Origin: Klebsormidium nitens
Lineage: Eukaryota; Plantae; Klebsormidiophyceae
DNA length: 64,000 bases
Assembly: GCA_000708835.1 (NCBI GenBank)
Contig: DF237021.1
Location: 62,001 to 126,000 of the forward strand
Direction: 5' to 3'
Positions 58,301-64,000 of the stretch are shown in pieces (the stretch's first letter is position 1; every line of letters starts with the position of its first letter). The position numbers and the translations under genes are program-made. Below the pieces are notes generated by a model, which had not been told where the DNA came from, searched no databases, and worked only from the letters and a program-made list of their open reading frames with translations.

Positions 58301-61300
58301 AAGTTGTGAGGGTCAGACGAATGGGAAGGGAAAAAGCCTGTACAGGCGTTGAGACTCGATGAAGCGGTATATGAGTAGACTCAAAGACTATGATTGGTCG
58401 ACCTTTGGGGATTGGAGAACTTTATCCCAGGTTTCTGTGGTCGTTCTAATTGATTTGGAGACTCTCAGTTGAGCAGATCATAACGTGGAGTTACGTGTGA
58501 CCCGGGTTGCGGAGATTCACAACCCTGCACTCATTTGACAACTTTAAATGGCCAGAAGAGGATCTTGCCCGATCAGGAGCTCTAGAGCCCAATATTTTGA
58601 AGCCCGAGCCAAAGCATACTGGTTATTTTCACGAAAAGGACTGATTCTCAGATCAAAATGCATCCTGAGAAGAGGGCTTAATTCCAGCCAATCACAAGCG
58701 AGTGCTTCGCTCACCAGCACGTCCATTGGCGCTGCGGCCTCTTGTTGCGATTGTTGCGCAGTCCCTTCGGCTTGGCACGCCTCCTCGCCCAAGCTCTGGT
58801 CGGCGAAGAAGAGTGGCGAGCCAAAGGCGGGCCCGGCTTGCTCCGCAAAAGGTTCTGGCTGGGCTCCTGTAAGAAAGCAGCACGAAATGATAAGCTTCTT
58901 TCAGTAGATTCGCACTTCCAATCCAGCAGCCACTTGTTGTCATCCACACTTGTGCTAGCTGGGCTCCTGTAAGTAAGCAACATGAAATAGTAAGCTCCTT
59001 TGAGTAGATCCGCACTTGCAAAGCAGCAGCCTTGTGTGATGTGGACTCGTTTTCAGAAGCTTTTTGATGCAGACGCCGAGCAGCAGAGAGTCGGATCGGC
59101 AAGTCACGTTGTGCTGCGGGTCAACAGAGACTTTCGTGGCTGCATGATTCGCAAAGATGGTCGAACCGTACGTGTTATAGCATAAGGGAGTTGCTCATCA
59201 ATTGTTGACAGTACAGTTGCGGGAAAAAGAACGAGCTGATCGAAGAGAGCACTGTGCCTTCAGCAGACACTTCGGCTACAGGGGATCAAAGATAGACGCA
59301 AAGTACGCTAGTTGCAAATGACAACACCTGGACAACTCAGCTGCAAATTCCAGTCAAGTTAGGAGTTGGCGCTAAACCCGCGTACCTGTCGGAGTTTCTG
59401 CCGCGGCTTCAAGAGCGGCATTCAGAGCGTCCGTCGTGGCTTCTGGGGTCAGCAGGCGCGGCATCTGCAGTGAACAAAACATGAAATAATGATCGCTGCA
59501 GAGATAGTCATCGGTTGCCTGTCCCCAAGCTAACGTCCGTAAGGTCTGTTGCCGTTTTGCAGGGCAAGTAATCCAGGTACCACTTAGTAAAGCCGAGAGA
59601 AAAGCCTCGTAGTGTTCACGTGTCAAACGAATATGGTGACACGTAAGGAATGGAGCTCCAATCTTGCAGACGCGATTGCGAAGATCAAAGACAAGGAGTG
59701 GACTCCGTCTGAAAGCGCGCATGGATGGAGACCGACGCCAGCCCTGTTCCGACACCACCAATTTAGTGTGGGTTAGTGTGATTTATTGTGACTTACCCCA
59801 AGGAACAATTTGAGAACTAGTTGTATCTTGACTAGCCAATGAATTAGAATATGCTATGTTACCAAGCTTTTACGAATTGTGCCACCACAAAACGCAAACT
59901 TGGAACCACGGCCTTACCGGTTGCTCCACTGTCTCTTCTTCCGGATCTTCGCCGTCAACTTCCACCGAGAGTCCCGAGAGGCTCGGCTTGAGCTGGATCA
60001 CCCGGTTGACCAAATGGGGCTCCCCCTTTGCGGGCTTCTCGGGTAGGTCGTTCAGGCTCTTGCGCTTGCGCTTGGAGTCCGGTTCTGAAGACGAGATACA
60101 GAGGCGATTTGGGAGTGCCAAAACAGGCAAATCGGTCGAGCTCTTGGTAGTAGAGAAACGAAGGCTTTGCGCATGTGAATTACCAGACGAAAGAGCGAGA
60201 CACGAGGCATAAGAAGGAAGAGAAAGCTTTCAATAGAGGTGGGAAGAGACGATCAACCAGGAAGGAAATAGGGACCATGCCAGGCAGGGAAATGAACAGA
60301 TGAATAGCAATCGTCTTCAAAGCTGCGGAGTTCTTGAAGGGTGGCAATACAATTGCATGGTGATACACCCACGTCCAGAATTGGAACACGGGTAGACGTG
60401 CAAAGTACGTGACATCAAGATAGAGCAAGTTGAAGGCGAGGTCTTCATGAGCTGTGCACATGTCAGCAGATTAAGAGCAAGATCTTCGTGATCGTAAACG
60501 TACTCGCAGGACGAAGCAACGTAGAAAGATGTTGTCGCGTCGAGAGTAACATCTGGGCTAAAAACCGGAATGACCAATGTTAGGAGCAGACGTGATTGCT
60601 TGGTGGACGATTGCCTACCTTCTTCCCCAGACGGCCGGTGTTTTCTTTTCTTGATGGCCACGACGTCGTCTGTCTGAACCTGTAGCAACAACGGAGAACG
60701 GTGAGACGCCTTTTGGCTTTTCGATTCAAGGTGGGAAACTCTTCTCTTCTGGGCAGTCAAGTCTTCTCCTGCTTTTATCATGATCGAAGTGAGAAAGAGC
60801 GACTTGCAACGGGCTCGAATGAGAGGTCGCGAGATAGGTGCAGTCATTACTCTTTCAACGGAGGTGTGCTTTTGTTCTAAATCAATGTGGTTGCACATGA
60901 ATGTTGGACAGAGTCCGAAGAGAAGAGCCGAGTGATCAAGCACAACCCCATAAGCGAATTGAATTAGGATCTAAGTGGCTTCTTGTATTTGACTGACAGA
61001 CAATCCATCGGTAGTGTTGCCATGAAACAGGATTGTCTGCAAGTTTTTGATTCGGACCAGGCCATCTGCCTTCCCGAATTCCATTGAACACAGTTCCGCT
61101 CACCTGGCGGTTCTCCTTTTTAACTTTCTTTTCCCGAGGCCTGATTGGCACTCCCAGTTCGTCTGCAAGAAATTGTCACTGAACAGTCAGCTATGCGCAA
61201 GACCCGAGCATCTGCGAACGACGAGCAGATCCTACAATGCAACGCAAAAATACTAAAACCGTTTGTCTGGAACAAGGCAAGGCCTTGTCTTGGAGTACTG

Positions 61301-64000
61301 CCAGCGGGAAAATAATTGCGGAACGTCCAGCTAAACAATCCGCTCCTGATCCATTCAGTCCGCTCGTCCAATATCACAGACTCCTGCTGATTCGCAACAA
61401 GATTCCATTTGCCGGGCCGATTGCCGAAGCACCAATTGTACGCAAGAGAAGCTGGAATGATCAGAAGCCTCACCCAAGCCCGCAGCTTTTTGGTGCTTCG
61501 TCAGCTGTTCCCGTACGATCAGCACCAGTTCACCATTCAGCATCTGCATGCAAAGGGGCGAGGCGTCGTGAGTTGCAATCTGGCGGTCCTTGGAACTCAG
61601 ATTCGATGATCCTCAACCTCTTTTTCGGGGCTATGCAAGCCAGGAACAAAGGGAACTCGGAAACATTAAGAGCGTGCGAGTATTTTTCGGAAAACTAGCA
61701 TCCGAGCAAGTGTGGTGCGCATAAGGAGGGCCTAATCGTGCACTGGCGGCAATGCCCTGTTCTGGGGCGAACTGACACGGCTCTCTGAAGACCTCTTCAC
61801 CTTCCAACGTTCTGAAACCTGAAAGCTTGAGTTACAAGTACGTTCTTTCATCCCAAAACTCAGAAGTTCAAGCTCATCACCGTCGCCCCCTCACCCGCCG
61901 GCTCTTCGCCTCGTAGACCACCCCTTCCGTCATCACGAGCGTCACCAATGTCAGCAGCGAGTGCGGGAGCGCCTCCAGCTCCTCGGACCGCAGAAACGCG
62001 GGGAACTTGAGCACCCGCAGTTTCAGGCGCTTCAGCGACTTTTCGGGGGACTCGTCGCGCGCGCGCGCCTCGGCGAGGAGCCGCTTCTGCTGGTTGCGCC
62101 CCTCGGGCCCGCGCAGGCGCCACCCGATGGACGCCCAGTTCTCGGGGGACTTGAGGAACTCGTCCAGCATGTACTCCACGCTCTCGTCCTCCGCTTCTGG
62201 GTTAAGGAAGCGGGTTTGGGTTAGGTTATCAAAGCGTCACGATGGTCTGGTTGAGCGTTAAGAAACTAGTCCAGCATGTACTCCACGCTCTCGTCCCTCC
62301 GTTATTGGGTTAAGGAGCGGGTTCGGGTCAGGTTATCAAAGCGTCACGATGGTCTCGTTGAGCGTTAATGTTGATGAGTTCTCCAGCATGTACTCCACGC
62401 TCTCGTCCCTCCGTTTCTGGGTTAAGGAACGGGTTCGGGTCAGGTTACCAAAGCGTTATGACCTGGTTTTTTCACTTCCTGAATTGCTTCAACGTTAGGA
62501 ACTCGTCCAGCATGTGCCCAACGCTCTGGTCTCCGTTCTGAGTTGATTGTGAGTTTGGGTTGGATTACCAAGAGCGTTGCAATTGTTGGTTGAGTTTCAG
62601 GGTTGCGCTAACATGAGAAACTCGTCCAGCATGTACTCTACGCTCTCGTCCGCCGTTTCTGGGTAAAGGCAAGAATTTGACCCACATTATCAAAGCCACC
62701 ATGAGTTGAGTACCGTTCAAGGTTTGGTTTCAGAAGACGAGTCGCTTGTTTCTGACTTTAAAGACAGGTTTAGGTCTTGATTACGATGCTCTGCACGCCA
62801 GGATCGATTATTCCTTTGAAACAAGGATGCGCATGTTGAGCAGTAGTAGGACGCTCGTCTTCCGTTTCTGGATCATGACGAAGGTTGAGGACTGAATTGT
62901 GTAGAAGATTGGGGATGTGGGGGGCTGAAACTGGCCTAAACACGGGCTTCAAAACTGACAAGGGCCCTGCAAAAGCGCCTGGCCAAGGATGTCCCAAAAG
63001 CAGAGACTAACAGTGACGGCAGGAGTCGCTTTTGAACGTCAAGCCCTTCCGAGCATCCGTTTCAAATCGATCACGCACATCCCCAGCAGACATGGAGAAT
63101 CAAAACGCATCTCATCCTTACCCTCTTCGTCCTCCTCTTCTTCATATACTACGTTTTGCGGAGTGATGACGGCTCCTGCAGAAACGGAATGGTCATTAGT
63201 CTACTCGTGTAACCAATCAGGCGATGCTGATTGCCAAAGTGGAGCTCAACAGCAATCGCCAAGACCCAACAACCACACCCGTACGTGGAGCTTGTCAAGC
63301 ACAGCTCTATTTTGCCGAGAGCAAAAGTAGAAGCCTGCATACATTCTTGGACTACCGTGCAGGTTATTTGGCTCACACCTGTTACGAAGCTTGGACTTAC
63401 TATCTGAGCAGGTTGGTTCTTTGAGGATCTTGAACAAAGTGTTGCCTCACTTCGACAAGCTTTGGGTCGTGAAAGCAGTTGTCAGTCAGCGTGATTGAGG
63501 GTTTACCTTCGTCCTCTGTCTCTTCATCGGCTTGCTCTTGCTTGGAAAGACTGGCATTGGGGGCAGACTTCGCCTTCTTCCCCGGCGTCTTGGCCCTCTC
63601 AGCCTCAATTATGTCTGCATGGGCCAAAGAGAGACGCTTCCGTCAGATGGTTGCATGACCTACAACGACAACTGGATCTCAACAAGGTCTGTGCCATGAA
63701 TTAAGCGGCAACACAGAGGAAAGAAGGCCCAGGTGACCTGCACTTCGGATCGCAGCAGCAAGTAACAATTGCTTGTAAGGGGACTTGCTATACAAAGCCG
63801 TCTGACCATGAGGAACTGTTTGCTTTTGACTGAGGACCCAAGCTTTCGAGCTGGCAGATAGATGGGGGAAACATGGGAGGGGACCATGTCGTTAGAAGAA
63901 GGTGCTTAAGAAAACCCACCTCTAGTTGCGGGGATCCGGGCCTCAAAGTCCATGCACTTCTGTACTTCCCCCTCCGACAGGCCCAGCTCTTCTCGCAGAT
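55373..64000 (-). CDS. Large multi-exon hypothetical protein, K/R-rich and acidic low-complexity with C-terminal coiled coils; 5' end lies beyond the right edge (could be more than one gene)
   Basis: Exon-like segments with splice sites: DIIEAERAKTPGKKAK, EDESVEYMLDEFLKSPENWASIGWRLRG...VLKFPAFLRSEELEALP, EPDSKRKRKSLNDLP, LEIIIYRKKLVKLERKRRGWAQAFEQKL, KKREELEGQLEKRRADQEAQK, EEREQYTAEITEMQAKLEAQK...QEPIP-stop. No family recognised. Confidence 0.6.
58858..59035. repeat. ~100-bp tandem duplication spanning a minus-strand splice acceptor
   Basis: gctgggctcctgtaag...agtagat.cgcactt..aa..cagcagcc starts at 58858 and 58958. Confidence 0.85.
62150..62670. repeat. Five-copy tandem array (107-124 bp period) of an acceptor site plus the first ~40 nt of an exon
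   Basis: Core ccagcatgtactccacgctctcgtc at 62164, 62271, 62383, 62507 and 62626. Only the first copy continues into the real exon. Confidence 0.92.

Noticed and set aside
62150-62670. Repeat-spacer appearance suggesting a CRISPR array
   Set aside because: The 'spacers' are homologous to each other, the periods vary (107-124 bp), the repeat is the start of a coding exon, there are no cas genes, and the context is eukaryotic.

Overview
Eukaryotic nuclear DNA with many GT-AG introns. The gene content and style point to a streptophyte green alga such as Klebsormidium (inference). No rRNA, tRNA or CRISPR array was found. Spliced genes reconstructed by hand, left to right: a Tat/plastid-targeted polyphenol oxidase (-, runs off the left edge); branched-chain 2-oxoacid dehydrogenase E1 beta (-); MAP65 (+); two tandem BTB/POZ paralogues (-), the first with a premature stop; a RING-coiled-coil-WD40 protein (-); glutamine:fructose-6-phosphate amidotransferase GFAT (+); a 12-exon, ~560-aa type I membrane protein (+) that the ORF track does not show; a third BTB paralogue (+) with an in-frame stop; and a long orphan K/R-rich coiled-coil gene (-, runs off the right edge). 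Non-coding structure: a 296-bp TA-flanked MITE, a 74-bp perfect palindrome, a copy of the MAP65 3' end marking a duplication breakpoint, and many intronic copies of exon ends. Best leads: (1) the membrane protein, whose ectodomain reads like a bacterial (from memory, Planctomycetota-type) secreted-protein module, a possible domesticated horizontal transfer; (2) intronic partial-exon duplicates in GFAT and MAP65 that differ from the real exon almost only at synonymous sites and lie an exact multiple of 3 nt away. Everything was read by eye; no database search was run.
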